From NCBI RefSeq assembly GCF_001194135.2, contig NC_068988.1, positions 84,528,531 to 84,592,530 of the forward strand: a stretch of 64,000 nt of DNA, written 5' to 3'. The stretch comes from Octopus bimaculoides. Taxonomy: Eukaryota. The notes under the pieces were generated by a model. The model ran no database searches. It had not been told where the DNA came from and worked only from the letters and a program-made list of their open reading frames with translations. The number at the start of each line of letters is the position of its first letter. Positions within the stretch are counted from its first letter, which is position 1. Below are positions 14,146 to 27,139 of the stretch, one piece after another. The position numbers and the translations under genes are program-made.

Positions 14146-14945
14146 TACACTCTTTACATTTGTAACTTCTTATCAGATTGCACTATCAGAGTGTGTGCTG
14201 ATGGCTCTCTTTCTCTCTCATGTTTCTGTCTCATCAACTCCAGTCTATGCCAGGGTTCAGTTTTATCTTACACTCTCATCCCTCCATGCATTAACAACCT
14301 ATTTGCTGTCATGTTCAATAATGGTCATTTGTAGACAGAAAATATCACCCTCCATTCCTCAATAATCTTATATCATCTACACACTTCCTTCATATCTCAC
14401 ATGCCAAACCTACACTAGTTTCATAAATGGAGACTTTGAAAGTTTTCTCCAATGGTGCCTGGCCAATCTTGTCTCTTTCAACAGTAAAAGACACAATCAC
14501 TGAATACATCAACAAAACACAAGTGGCACACAACTAGAGACCACATGATTGTTCCAGATATTAGATTTCGCTGTCACTGAGGATCTCCCTCACAAAAGCA
14601 CATCTTTAACATAGCTATGATCACACCCAAAAAACTAGCTTTTCCCTTTAGGGCAAGAAAATATTTCAGCTCCAAAACTTACTGATACATTACAAAGGTG
14701 AGATGAGGTTCACAAGTGTGGCCCTCAGCCTCATCTGTATGTGAGAATAGGAGACTGAAATAAGTGGATGACGGATATGATGAATTATTTTATATTGAGG
14801 CATACTGAAAGTCACTATGTCTTACAATACACTAGGCAGCATAAATAGCAACATAAATAAAGAGGTAGAGGAGAAGTTATAAAACTTAGAGGTTAAGAGA
14901 ATAAATAAGTACATTATTAATTCAATAGTGTCAAGGGCGGCTGTG

Positions 14946-15005
14946 TATGTATGTATGTATGTATGTATGTATGTATGTATGTATGTATGTATGTATGTAT
15001 GTATG
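14946..15005. repeat. (TATG)n microsatellite
   Basis: Direct reading. Confidence 0.97.
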
Positions 15006-15136
15006 TGTGTGTGTGTTTATATACATACAAACGTACAGGTAACTGTACACATACATGCACACATACATTAATATGTTCATAGATATACAAAGCACATACA
15101 CAAGCTTATATTAACATGCATGTGTTTTATAGTTAT

Positions 15137-15138
<2 letters not shown>

Positions 15139-15227
<89 letters not shown>
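15139..15227. repeat. (CA)n microsatellite
   Basis: Direct reading. Confidence 0.98.
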
Positions 15228-15228
<1 letters not shown>

Positions 15229-15599
15229 CCCCATGTCGTGGAATTCTGTGTTCCTGCAAATCTTGCATAATGCAGAATTCTGTTATGCAAAATGTATTTT
15301 CTTATTGATTTTCATGTTATAAACAGATGCATTCTGATGGAATTTTTCTGGGGGTGGGAGGGAGAGAGAGAGAAAATACAACCGCTTTTATGCATGAAAA
15401 TATCAATTTTTAAACACAGTACAGTATGTATACATAAAAACATATGAAGAGAAATAAAGAATATATTTTAATGAATAAATAAGAATACAATAACATCATA
15501 GCACAGTACATACTCGTTGCAAAGGATATTGGGTGTTGTGTGTGTTAGGTAATGGAACTGGGAGTTATTGGAAGTAAGAGAAGCCCTATCTTATGCACT

Positions 15600-15975
15600 G
15601 GAAATTATCTTTGTCAGCATCTGCTTCAGCACTGATGAACTTATTCAAACTTGTTTGATGTTTGTGGCGCCTCATTTCTTTATACAACTCAGTGTAGGGA
15701 CCTATTTAACTATGAGCTCCTTTTGTAATTTTTGTGCTAAGATTATTATCAGCAAAACTTACAGACTGTCCTTATAAGTACTGTACCCTACCTTTAGCCA
15801 TATTCATTCTTTACAGTTAGCTCAATTGGAGTAGATGGTGCTTCTATATCCTGTTTTTGCCCTTCAATTTGTTCTAATGGCATAAGCTCTTTGGACAACC
15901 CTTTTGTACGAAACCTTAGCAACTCAGTCATAATGTTTTCTACAATTTTTTGATACTGTTCTGGAAGCTCTTTTA
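15600..15975 (-). mobile_element. Tigger/pogo-type transposase C-terminal fragment
   Basis: Hand translation IVENIMTELL...KELMPLEQIEG...ELTVKN and PYTELYKEMRRHKHQTSLNKF resembles the Tigger C-terminal Y-x-x-x-Y-x-E-K/R...QTSLD-x-FF signature; stops present. Confidence 0.55.
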
Positions 15976-16749
15976 AAGCTCACGAGGGAGGCAAAAAGAC
16001 AACATTGTTACTGACAGTTTGATTTGTAACCTCTACAAACAGAAGTAATTTACTGGACTTATATATCAGGTGTGGTCAAGGACTGTAACCTTGCATCAAG
16101 CAGTTACTTGTACAGGTGCTGCTAAATTATCATATTGCTTAAGCATGTAAAATTTTCTCTTAATAGCAAGATTCAAAGTGCTTACTAATTTCATGTACAA
16201 GGTGACAGATCCTTAATTGCATTGAGAGAGCAAGCCGAGAGTGGCCTTAGTGACTTTTATCACTTTTGGGTAAGATGTGTCTTCAGACTATGAAAGGAGA
16301 ATTGCAGTGCAAGTGTAAATACTTGAGCACTGATTCTGTTCCTTCACAATCAACTCTTCATTCACTGACTGCAGACTAACAGAAGAACCTGCTGACAACT
16401 GGCTTAAATGCAGAGAAGTTCTTAATCAACTAAAGTTATTTCTTTCTAGGTCAACCTGACATTCAAACAGGTTGTTTAAAGCAAAGAGGATCAAAGATGA
16501 TTTTATCCTGACTTATAGGTGTGTCATTGAAGTTGAGTGTTCAACTATTGCTGTCCTCAAATAGCAAGATGCCAACGTGATGATGGGAAGCAACAAACAG
16601 AAACAGACGAAACAATGGTTCAGAGAAAAACCAAATAAAGAAAATGAGAGCCAATGATTTTGTTGATCAACTTCTTGTGAAATGTAAGCACCACAAAAAG
16701 CCTGTTATGTCTGTCAGTGGATCAAAGTAGGAATCCACTCAACCTGAAG

Positions 16750-16812
16750 AAGTCCAGTACTTGTGAGGGAAAAAGTCCAGTACTTGTGAGGGAAAAAGTC
16801 CAGTACTTGTGA
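16750..16812. repeat. 23-bp tandem repeat (aagtccagtacttgtgagggaaa), about 2.7 copies
   Basis: agtccagtac starts at 16751, 16774, 16797. Confidence 0.92.
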
Positions 16813-17087
16813 ATCACTCATCAATATTTAGATGTCTGCAGAACCTTTTCAAGAGGTCAGTGAACTGTCAGAGAATGAGATGATCAAGAACGTAACTGTG
16901 ATTCTCAGGGATAACTACCTAATAGAGGAAACAATGGTGTTTCTTTTTGTAATAATGGAAACATTGACATAGCAGATCTGTCATGAAGGTCATGTGTTTC
17001 AGTTCAATCAACCACCTGCTGTCAACTGAGATGAGGGAGGCAACAGGAGGTGGTATATTGGGTTTTGCCTTGATAATAACAAGGGCA

Positions 17088-17472
17088 GTGGAGGCGCAAT
17101 GGCCCAGTGGTTAGGGCAGTGGACTCGCGGTCATAAGATCGCGGTTTCGATTCCCAGACGGGGGCGTTGTGAGTGTTTATTGAGCGAAAACACCTAAAAG
17201 CTCCACGAGGCTCCGGCAGGGGATGGTGGCGAACCCTGCTGTACTCTTTCACCACAACTTTCTCTCACTCTTACTTCCTGTTTCTGTTGTGCCTGTAATT
17301 CAAAGGGTCAGCCTTGTCACACTGTGTCACGCTGAACATCCCCAAGAACTACGTTAAGGGTACACGTGTCTGTGGAGTGCTCAGCCACTTGCACATTAAT
17401 TTCACAAGCAGGCTGTTCCGTTGATCGGATCAACTGGAACCCTTGACGTCGTAAGCGACGGAGTGCCAACAA
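17088..17472 (+). mobile_element. Young tRNA-derived SINE of a second family, with 10-bp target-site duplication
   Basis: TSD AACAAGGGCA at 17078-17087 and 17473-17482; A-box-like tggcccagtgg, B-box-like ggtttcgattccc; many CpGs. Confidence 0.88.
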
Positions 17473-20400
17473 AACAAGGGCAAAACTTTGTGGATGGAAC
17501 ACCTGATCCACAGAGTTAAAATTTTGTAGTGATTATCTAGTACTAATGATATCCAGGATAACTACAGAGTAGCAGATTGTGCCAAATTTCACCTGGGGGA
17601 AGCTGTGTTTTGTTTTAAATAACACCTTTGAAATCAAAGTTATGTTTCCTGAAATATGCTAATTAAGTTTTGATCCAAAAATATATTAGCTGGTAATTGC
17701 ACTTTTAAAGTTTTCCAATTCTGTTTATGATTTTATCTATCATAAAATAACCCCAGGAAAACATTTTAGGAGAAGGTCTTTGCACAAAACAGAACTGAAT
17801 ATATGACAAAAACTCCAGAAATCTACCTTGACAACAAAAGTTGAAGTATAAGTGACACAAAAAGGATACTGTGCACTTTTTTTTTGTGAAGCCTTAATGA
17901 AAAGAAAAAAAAACCCCAAAATCGATATCTATATAATTCCACTAGTAAGACAGCTACTGTACTTCATTTATTGAGATAGTGGGCTCAAGCTTCACCCAAT
18001 ATGTATTTTTATCTAATCTGAAAACAAAAATGTAGTACAGTATGACAGTTTGTTAAACTTTACTAATATAGTCATACAGTAGCAGAAAAGTATAATGTCT
18101 CTGATTTCATTTTATAGAGTTCAGACTATTTACTTTTTGAGGTAAAGAAAAAAAAAAAAAATAATAGATAACAACTCTCTAGTTAGGTGACAAGTGTGTG
18201 TAACAAACAAGTTTTCAGAGATGTTCTCTCACCTAAGACGGCGCCGTCAGTACTATGAATGTCCATTTTATGCCATCTCAGAAAGTAAAAGCTTCAGAAA
18301 AAATACAATTTGAAAAGAAATTATGTATCTCATGACTTTCTGTAAACTTCCAACAATTTTAGCTTTTAAAATAACCATGTAATTTTCATAGTACTGCTAG
18401 TACAATACTAATATTGTAGTTGGGACTCCTAAATATTTAGGTTGGATAAAATTACTTCAAGCATAAAATGGGACTAGCAAAGCATGCAACAACAGACTAA
18501 GTAACTGCTGTCCTTGATAATTAACATGCCACAGAAGTTGATTGTGAGAGGAAGGAGTGAAACTTAACAAGGTAAGTATGGTGCAAAAATATTCAGTCTT
18601 GGGATAGGCCTGGAGTGTTGGGAGTAAAGAAATTTGTATTGAATAATAGCTAGACACTTTGATGTAAATGAGACTACAAAACAAATGATGGCAAATATGT
18701 ATTGTAAATTTTACTTCTCCCATCTCCATGTGAAGTATTTACACAAGGTAACGTAATGGGAATATTTAATCCATTAGAGAGAATACTTGGTCAAAATCCT
18801 TTTTTTCATTGAGGCAAGGACAAAATTTAATCACCTGTACTGAGGATATTTTTTTTCACTAATTTATTTCATATTAGAAACAAGTGCCCTAGATTTTCTC
18901 TTTCATATTGAAAGTTTTTGTTGTGAGTGCTGTGATATTTTTTTAATAATCTTCCAGTTTTATTTAAATTGTATTCCCCACCACTAAACTAAGTACAAGC
19001 TGACTAAATAAACTTTTTTTTCTTTTTACTTAAAGTGGTTTTTGGTTATCTTTAAAGCATTAAATGTTTTGAGGTATATTTATATCAAATGAGTGTAGGA
19101 AAGCAAATGGATTTCAATGCTAATAATAGATAATTACAACAGATGATTATACTCTCAGTCCCTATACCTAGCTTCAATTAATGAAGGCCAGTTGTACAAA
19201 TTAAAGGGGCTATTATTTAGCTATTTAGTTAGAAAGTTAATCTATGGAAGAGCAGTGTATAGATACACTTAAAACTACATACACAAGTATTTGTCACCGT
19301 TTCGCAGAGCACTTTTCATTCCAAAGCTTCAACACATCTATTTTGGGTGAATGAATTAAGACCGCTGCGATACACAGATATTGTTTTGAGCTAAGTAGGG
19401 GTGCTAGATTCCCTTGTTCGAAAATATAAGGACACAGATCGTGTCGTATAGCCAGCTGGAGACAATGTCTCCTGGGGCTAAATTACAGCAACATTAGTCC
19501 TAAACCAGGACTGCCATGTTATGTTGGCAAACAATCTTTACTATTTAGAGACACGATTGAAAGTTTCCAACTGCTGAAGTGACTCTTTGAGTCAGCTTCT
19601 GATGTTACATTGATTTAAGTGCAGTTATGTATGTATGTATGGATGGATGGATGCATGCATGCAATCTTTGGTAAATGCTGCCTAATAATGGTTTCATAAT
19701 CTTCATTATATTTTCATATTATTCTATGCACATGGTATCGCCCTATCATCCTGGTGCTCAGCTGGTACATTCCACAGTTTTCTGTATGTTGTGGAGAGGA
19801 AAATAAGAAGTGCTTTTCTCATAATAATATCTTAACATTTTGACATTTGAGTTTGTTTGTGCAGTGAAGCTTCTAGTTTTTACAAAGTCACCTGTGCCAC
19901 TGTGTGACTTTTTTATATGATGATCTTCTGATGCTGTAGAACACAAAACATGTACAGTTGTGGCAGGGAACAGAAAATTTCCTTTTTCTAAAGCTTTCAT
20001 TTCCCTTTTAAAATTCTCTGAATCTTGAAACAATATACAAAAACTAATTAAATGCTGAATTACAATATTTTATTTTTATCAAATAGATAGCAGAAAGAAA
20101 TCTGATTCTTTCAGGTTTTCTGAGTGGGATGGCACCTTATAGGACAGTATATTGTTGCAGAGGTGAAAATGTGTCCACTTCAATAACTTCTTATAAATTA
20201 AACATTCATTCTGCAAGTATATCAACAATATACTTTTATTTCCAAATTTGTTTCAACTGTGCAAAGTTTTCATAAATTTCCACAAAGTTTGGAGCAAATC
20301 TACATTTATCTTTAAAATGGGAATCTAGAAAATAAATACATACAGAAGAGCATCAATTAAAATGAAAATATTATAAATAATCATTTAAGAACTTTAAACT

Positions 20401-20533
20401 TTTTGTGCACACGAAGGAGTTATACTGACTAAATGCATGTGTCACATACTCTAGCTCCTTTTCAGTTTTGTCAAACTTGTTCTAAAAAATGCACAGTTAT
20501 TAAATATAGAAATTAGGAATAGTTATATATAAT

Positions 20534-21321
20534 AACTAGAAAAGCACTTAGAGAGCGCAGACCTTTGCCGAGCAGCTCATTTCCACCCATAAACACGCAT
20601 GCTGAAAATCGCCCAATTTCCTAAACCAATGCTAGCAAAAACATAACCACCTTGGCGGAGGTAAAAAAAAATAACACAGCCATATGATTTTAAGAAAAAA
20701 AAAAACCTTTAAAAACAGGAATCATCTGAAGCAGTTCACATCATCAGCATCATCAGCAGCATCGTCATTGCTTCCACTTCAACCACATACACCGCCATTA
20801 ATGTTATCGTGACGGTTACCTTAAGTCACTTTCACCACCACAACCAGGTTAACCACTGCAATACCACCATCACACAACTAACACTATCATCAACACCACT
20901 ATTACCACTATCACCTCAGCATCACACATCACACCGCTCCTGTCGTCATTATAACCATCAATATTATTTTATCCTCCTCCCATATTTATCTCAGCCATCG
21001 TCATCATCAACGCTGTCTCTAAACAGCAATGCCACCATAGGTTACGTGGAAACGATGTGTTTTCAAGAGAGATAATCAAAGAACGTAACATTATAATACT
21101 TCATGTAAAGTGAATATGACAAATGAAAAATCCTTCAAGAATCCATAAAAATTCATGGATCACTACCAAAATTTCATCATTTGTTCCTTATGTCATTACC
21201 AACTTTTCCTACAAGTTTTATCAAATACCGTTCACAACTTTTTGCATTATTTTGCACACAGACAGACAGATGGATAAACCAACAGTAATGAGAACATAAC
21301 CTCTTTCCTTGGCAGAGGTAA
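20534..21321. mobile_element. Non-autonomous element with asymmetric subterminal inverted repeats, class uncertain
   Basis: Starts aactagaaaagcacttagagagcgcagacctttgccg, ends ccttggcagaggtaa; flanked by ATATATAAT at 20525-20533 and 21322-21330; internal copy of the 3' motif near 20641-20666. Confidence 0.6.
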
Positions 21322-21424
21322 ATATATAATTGTATACAGAATCTGACTGTTTACAAAAATCACTCATCATCAAATTGCAAATCACGGGGGTATAAGTTTT
21401 GTCTTTTAAGCCAGATTATTTTAA

Positions 21425-22200
21425 AATATCCTTTAAAAAACACACTCGGGACAAAGATCTGTTTGAAAACGAAGAGAAACCTGTGTTCTCCGTCTCAACA
21501 AATACTTCAACTGTGGCTTTTTGTGAGAAGAGCAAATGCTTTGTTGATGTTTTCTAGCTCAACAACAGGTGCTGTTGGGGTTGATCTGGTTTGCTCAAGT
21601 GCTGGTGACAAAGTGAATTCTGTGTATGGTTCTTGGACTTTGAATTGGGAATTCTTGGCAGATTGAGCCAGCATCAGCTCTTGCAACAAAATGGATGGCA
21701 TGAGTATTTGGGATTGCCCTGCAATCAGTCCATCTTTGCTCCAACTTCTCTGAGTGGCTGTTGATAGAGAATTGTGGAACAAAAAGTGTATGAATTTTTT
21801 GCACACTTTCTTGGTCATACAATAGAACTCTTTTGTGCATTTGTCACAACCTCTTTATTTTTCAAAACAGATAGTGTATTTTGGAGACCTGGGTTAACTG
21901 CTTAGCTTCATTGATAATGGCTGTGTTGAAAGCATAGACACTGCACTTTTCGTGCTTCATTTCATCAGAAACAACTACATATGATGTATGCTCATTTTTC
22001 CCCTTTTCATAAACTATGACTATTATGCAAAAAATTAATAAGAATTTTTTTCCAAATAAACAAACTTTATTTTTGATTTTTGTGTGAAAAATTCTATGGA
22101 ATGGCCCAGCTATCATAGGGGAAACAATGCTTTGTAGATTAGTTAAGTTATGGTGGATTTGGCAATTTGAAATTTAAATCTATGGTTTTTTATGATAGGT
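21425..22200 (-). mobile_element. Decayed DNA-transposase-like sequence, tentatively Sola-like; 19745-20040 may be its distal part
   Basis: SYVVVSDEMKHEKCSVYAFNTAIINEAKQLTQVSKIHY resembles the segment before the FSDG catalytic motif of invertebrate DDD/E transposases; the motif itself is absent. Confidence 0.4.
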
Positions 22201-24915
22201 TATAACCTCAACAATGTTTTGCAAACAACTTGCACATGCAAGTGCTACAAGTCGAAAGCTCCACATACTGGAAGCCAGCAAGTGTATGGGATCATCAGGA
22301 GAGAATACGTGCCATTTTGGGGCTTACCTGTCAACGGCATCATTGTGTCCCCCCCCCNNNNNNNNNNCGCTCATCTCTTTTAAACCGAATTCAGTGGCTA
22401 GCCTTTTCCAGTGTAGTTTGGATATTGGTCATGGTGGTATTTACTTTATGATGAGTTAGGCCTAATGATAAAAACAGTCACATCACACTGTGTCCAACAA
22501 ATCCTCTACATCTGACTTTGATTGGAAAATGCTCTGCTTTCCAGCCTGTGTCTTGACATTCCTGGAGGAGGTTTACATAATGGTCAATCTTACGAGCATG
22601 AGTGGCGTCTATGATATCTTTGTGAGGAACTGCTAACCCGACTAGATTCACCACTTCCTTTCTTTCACACCATAGTAAAATGTCCGGCTTTTTTCATAAC
22701 TGGGATGAGAAAGAGTCCCCGGCACCCCGGTAAACCTGCAGTCACCTCCCAATAGCCATTCCACTTTTCATCACTCACAGGAAGTTTCTTCTTCTTGAAA
22801 TGGATCTGCTGTCCTGAGTGCATGAAGGTAATGAAATCTCTAGTTTATACTTTCAACGGTTTGTTTCCATTGTTGATGAGATCAGTTTGGTTCTTTATAG
22901 CATTGAAGATAACCTTAAGGACTAGGTTGTGTCTCTATGTATATCTATTCAAAGCTAGTGAACAGTTGGAAAGAATATGTTTCAGTGTTCTGACCTTTCC
23001 GCATTTGCATATATCATTCTCTGAGACATTCCATCTTACTAGATTTGCAGGTGATTGCAAGACATCATAGGATGAATGAATCAGAAAACTTAGCTGAGAT
23101 GTGGTCCACCTCCATATCTCATTCCAACTTATTTTTCTCTCAACAATATGTTCCTCCTATCTTGTCATCTGTCCTTGTTCAGTGCATTGGATCAAATGAA
23201 GCTCTCTTCTCTTTGCTTCCCTTGTTTTGACGCTGTTGCTAACAACAGATCTGCGTTTGCTCAACATCATACTTGCAAACAGTCTAAACCGATCTGCAAC
23301 AAAACCAAATCTTTTCCGATGAATTTGCATTGCACCCACCATATCTCCGTGTGTAAGTGAAGACAGAATGTTATCCGTCTCTACTTCTGCTTTCCACTTC
23401 CTGGCTGTATTTACATCTGGTGGATTATGCCTGTTTCCATGTCCTTTGACTCTCTCAGCATCATCACTGTTCGTACCTTCCCTAGTTTATAAATTTTGAT
23501 TATCAACACCAGTGATAACTGCAATGAGGCTCTTTTACAATAGAGAGCTGAACTGTTCAATATCCGAGGTAGGCCTAGCCACTTTCTAATGAACATATTA
23601 CATTTTCGTTCAGTGATTTGAACATGTGACAATGCTACCTCATATATTAAAAGTGGCTACAAAAGTCGCGTGTACAAGCCAAACTGTAAGCACCAAATTT
23701 TATATTTACCTGGTAGCTTTGAGTTATCAATTGCTGATAATCCAACCTTGGCTGGTTTCATAATTTACATCCCACGACTCCTATCGGACAATATTCCAGC
23801 ATATACTTGCCCCAAGCTCATGACTGTTTTTCCTTGACTGTTGGAATGGTTTCTTCAGCTATTTGAAATTTAACTTCTTTTTGCACACCCTTAATAAATG
23901 TCAGACTACGCAACTTTTTTGCTCTAAATCACATCCTTGACCACTTCACAATCTCATCTAGTCTCAAAAGGGCACTCTGCATGACTTGCTTGTCTGTTGA
24001 TAGAAGTGTCACATCATCCATGAAAGCCTTCTTAGGCGATTGTACATGGGCGATTTGTTCTGAAAAATCCATGGCTTTCAAAATCATCTCCATGACTAAG
24101 ATAAACCATGTGACAGACATTGTGCCACCAGCAATGATGTCAATCTCCAATCAGTACCAATCTGTTGTAAAATTTCCAGCTGTAAACCTCATCTCGAAAC
24201 TGTCATGATATATCCTCATTAGTCTGATTACTTTATCTGGAATGTGGAAGTGGTCCATGGCTCTCATCAGTAATTGATGTGGCACTGAGCCATATGCATT
24301 AGCTAGGTCAAGCTATACCACGCACAGATTTGTCTTGTTCTGTTTGGCATCCTGGATCGCTTTCCAAATTGAAAAACAGTGTTCAACACATCAAGAGATC
24401 CCAGCCTTTTGAAGAGATTCATCATCATATCCATTACTCTGTAAATATTTTACTGTTCTCCTTGAGAGAATTCCCATAAAGATCTTGCTTTCCACATTCA
24501 ATAAGGATACTGGCCTAAACTGTTTTATAGTCTCTGCATTGGCCTCCTTCGGCAGGTATATGCCTTCTGCCTTACACCAATCCTCTACTAGAGTCTCTTC
24601 ATACCACAGCTGTCTGAGTAGGACAAAGAGCTTCTTTCACAGATGATTGCAATATTTGTATACTTTATACGAGACACCATCACCTCATAGGGCACTCTTT
24701 GCTCTAGCTTTTCTCAGGAAATCATTCACCTCTTTCTCCCTGATGTCCCCAATTTGAAATTCGGGATCAGGTTCTATGAGATGCTTTCGCCCATTTAGAG
24801 GTGGCAGTGGCTGGTTACAGTCTGGATTGCTGTAGGTTTCTTTGATATGAGCATCTAATTCTTCTTTTGTGCATGATAAAGTGCCACTCTTCGGTTCAGT
24901 GAACAGCTTCTTAGT
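22200..24915 (-). mobile_element. RLE-type non-LTR retrotransposon (HERO-like), 5'-truncated, with RT, Cys/His motif and restriction-like endonuclease; pseudogenised
   Basis: Hand translation KKLFTEPKSGTL, RKARAKSA, FRPVSLLNVESKIF, YLDLANAYGSVPH, FMDDVTLL, CKCG...HILSNC...RHN, KPDILLW, HFPIKVRCRGF, EKASH; stops and frameshifts; the 3' UTR extent across the small gap is inferred. Confidence 0.85.
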
Positions 24916-25269
24916 AAAAAACATCTGTTCTACCATGGGAAAATATTACCTTGTGCTGAAACAGTTGAAGCTTTGCAATAGGAAGAGCATCCAACCATAG
25001 AAGATATGATAGATTGTAACCTCAACGAGAAAAAACCCATTGTTGTATTTTGCTCATCTTGTATCTGTTTGCTAGTGCTTTAGCATGGCCTTAACTACGA
25101 TCTCTAAAACTATAACAGCAAAAAATTGATAAGGAAATTGAAGGAACTTCTTTTTATCATTTTACACATTCCTGTTGGAGTAGGAGTGAAATAGATAAGC
25201 AGATGTGGTATTGGAATTCAGAAGATGTTTTCTTGTTTAAGTAACAGGTTTTATTCAACAATTTATTCT

Positions 25270-25665
25270 AATTGGTGTAGACATGGTTGTGTAATTAAGT
25301 TTATTTCTCATATACATGGTTCTGGGTTCACTATCACTGCAGGGCACCTTTGACAAGTGTCTTCTACTATAGCCCTGAGTTGACCGAAGCTTGTTGTATA
25401 TGTATGTGTTGCTGTGTGTTTGTGTCACCTTGTTTTGACTCCATGGGATAGTTATAAATGAATGTTGCCATCATACAAATGGAGTCTCTGGTTTTCAGTT
25501 TTCTGTAAAAAAAATCTGTTCTGCCATGGGGAAATATTACCTTGTGTTGAAATAGGTGAAGCTTTGCAATAGGAAGGGCATCCAACCATAGAAAATCTGC
25601 CTCAGTATATTCTGTCTGACCTCTGCAAGCATGGAAAAGTAGACATTAAAACAATGATGATGATG
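25270..25665 (+). mobile_element. tRNA-derived SINE with RTE-like 3' tail ending in (ATG)n
   Basis: Head at 25270-25400; tail ggaagggcatcc...gcatggaaaagtagacattaaaacaatgatgatgat. Confidence 0.75.
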
Positions 25666-26849
25666 ATAATGTCTCTACTTGTAATAAACAGGTGTGATGT
25701 CACCTGTGAAGACTAGGATGACGATTTAAAAAAAAAATACTAGTTGGCAGAAGAGTAGTTTGTGCTTACTATGACAATGGAAAGTTAGTGAATTTATCTA
25801 ATTGATCCATATAATTTCATTTAAACTCATTTTTGTTAAAGATATAAATGTCATATAGCTCATGGTTCTGGGTTTGATTATGCTGTGCAAACACTATGGA
25901 CAGAGGACTTCTATCATAGTCTTACATCTACTGATACTTAGCGAGTAGGATTGGGTAGACAGAGACTGTGTAGAAGTCTGTTTGTGCATGCATGTTTGTG
26001 TTTACAGTGGTGTTTATCTTGTGGCTCTTTAGGCTTTGTAACTTAGTGACTTGGCAAAAAGAGATGAATGACCTAAGTATCAACTGAAATAAGAGCTGAT
26101 ATCATTTGTGTACAACGCTTGATAGCATTAATTACTGAATTCAGTAATTTAAAAAAAAATAATTTATCCTATTCAATTTTGAAAAAAGAATAGGATAAAT
26201 TTATATTTACCAAAATTTGAGGGATAATCACAGTATGTAACATATGAGCCAATGAGGGAGTTTCTATTTAGTCACTTGGACCTGTTAGAAATATCAGTCA
26301 AATCTTGTTGAAATTATGTCCCACCAATTTAAAAAGAAGAAAAAAAGAGAAAGAACACATTGGAAAAGATAGCCTTTAATATACAAAAAAGAATTACTGA
26401 TCATGGCTAGAGTGCTCTTAATCAGGTCTACTCAAATAGCATTGATCATGGTTAAACATCAGGAATGAAACATAAGAGAGAGAGAGAGGGGGGTGGAAGT
26501 GACAACCGCCATAATGTACATATGCTGACTGGACAATTTAGAACTGATTTATGGTGCATAGTTTTCTTTGATGCATTTGATAGTGTCCTTTGGTAAAAAA
26601 AGTTTGAATTTCAATTTTATAAAAAAATTCTTTTGATGAGTTAATTAGAAGAGGCTAGGCAATGACCATATCCCACTCTGCCACATATTTTAAGCATCTC
26701 AGTTTCTGTCTGCAAAGCTCCACTCACAAAACTTTGATTGGTCCAGGATTATAATAGAAGACACATACCCAAAGTACCTTGCAGTGGGACTGAGCCTGAA
26801 ACAACATGATTGGGGAAACAAGCTTTTGAAGCAGATGCATATGTAGGTA

Positions 26850-26851
<2 letters not shown>

Positions 26852-26944
<93 letters not shown>
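26852..26944. repeat. (GT)n microsatellite just upstream of exon A
   Basis: Direct reading. Confidence 0.98.
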
Positions 26945-26946
<2 letters not shown>

Positions 26947-26998
26947 ATGTTATGTTAAAGAAATATATGTTAATAAATGATATTCTTGTTTATTTCAG

Positions 26999-27139
26999 AA
27001 CGAAATTGTACAGAGGGGAAATTTGGCTGGAGATGTTTGTCGCTTTGTAACTGCCGCCATAAAAGGTCATGTGATCCCCTGACAGGTGCTTGTCCAGATG
27101 GTTGTAAAAATAACTTCTATGGCAAAAATTGTCTTTTAA
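26999..27139 (+). CDS. Exon A: 8-Cys EGF-like repeat (RNCTEGKFGWRCLSLCNCRHKRSCDPLTGACPDGCKNNFYGKNCLL)
   Basis: Acceptor ttcttgtttatttcag, donor gtaagt at 27140; 141 nt, phase 1-1; CxxGxFGxxC...GxCxxGCxxxxYGxxC pattern. Confidence 0.85.

Noticed and set aside
15077-15322. HT/VC/TH dipeptide-repeat ORFs (also 12340-12693, 26853-27050, 34548-34793)
   Set aside because: Microsatellite translations.
17088-17165. Possible tRNA gene (A/B boxes); similar heads elsewhere
   Set aside because: No complete cloverleaf visible; continues into a SINE body bounded by a TSD.
18500-18577. Strong CAAG/gtaagt donor near 18572
   Set aside because: All three upstream frames contain nearby stops; at most a UTR exon, unsupported.
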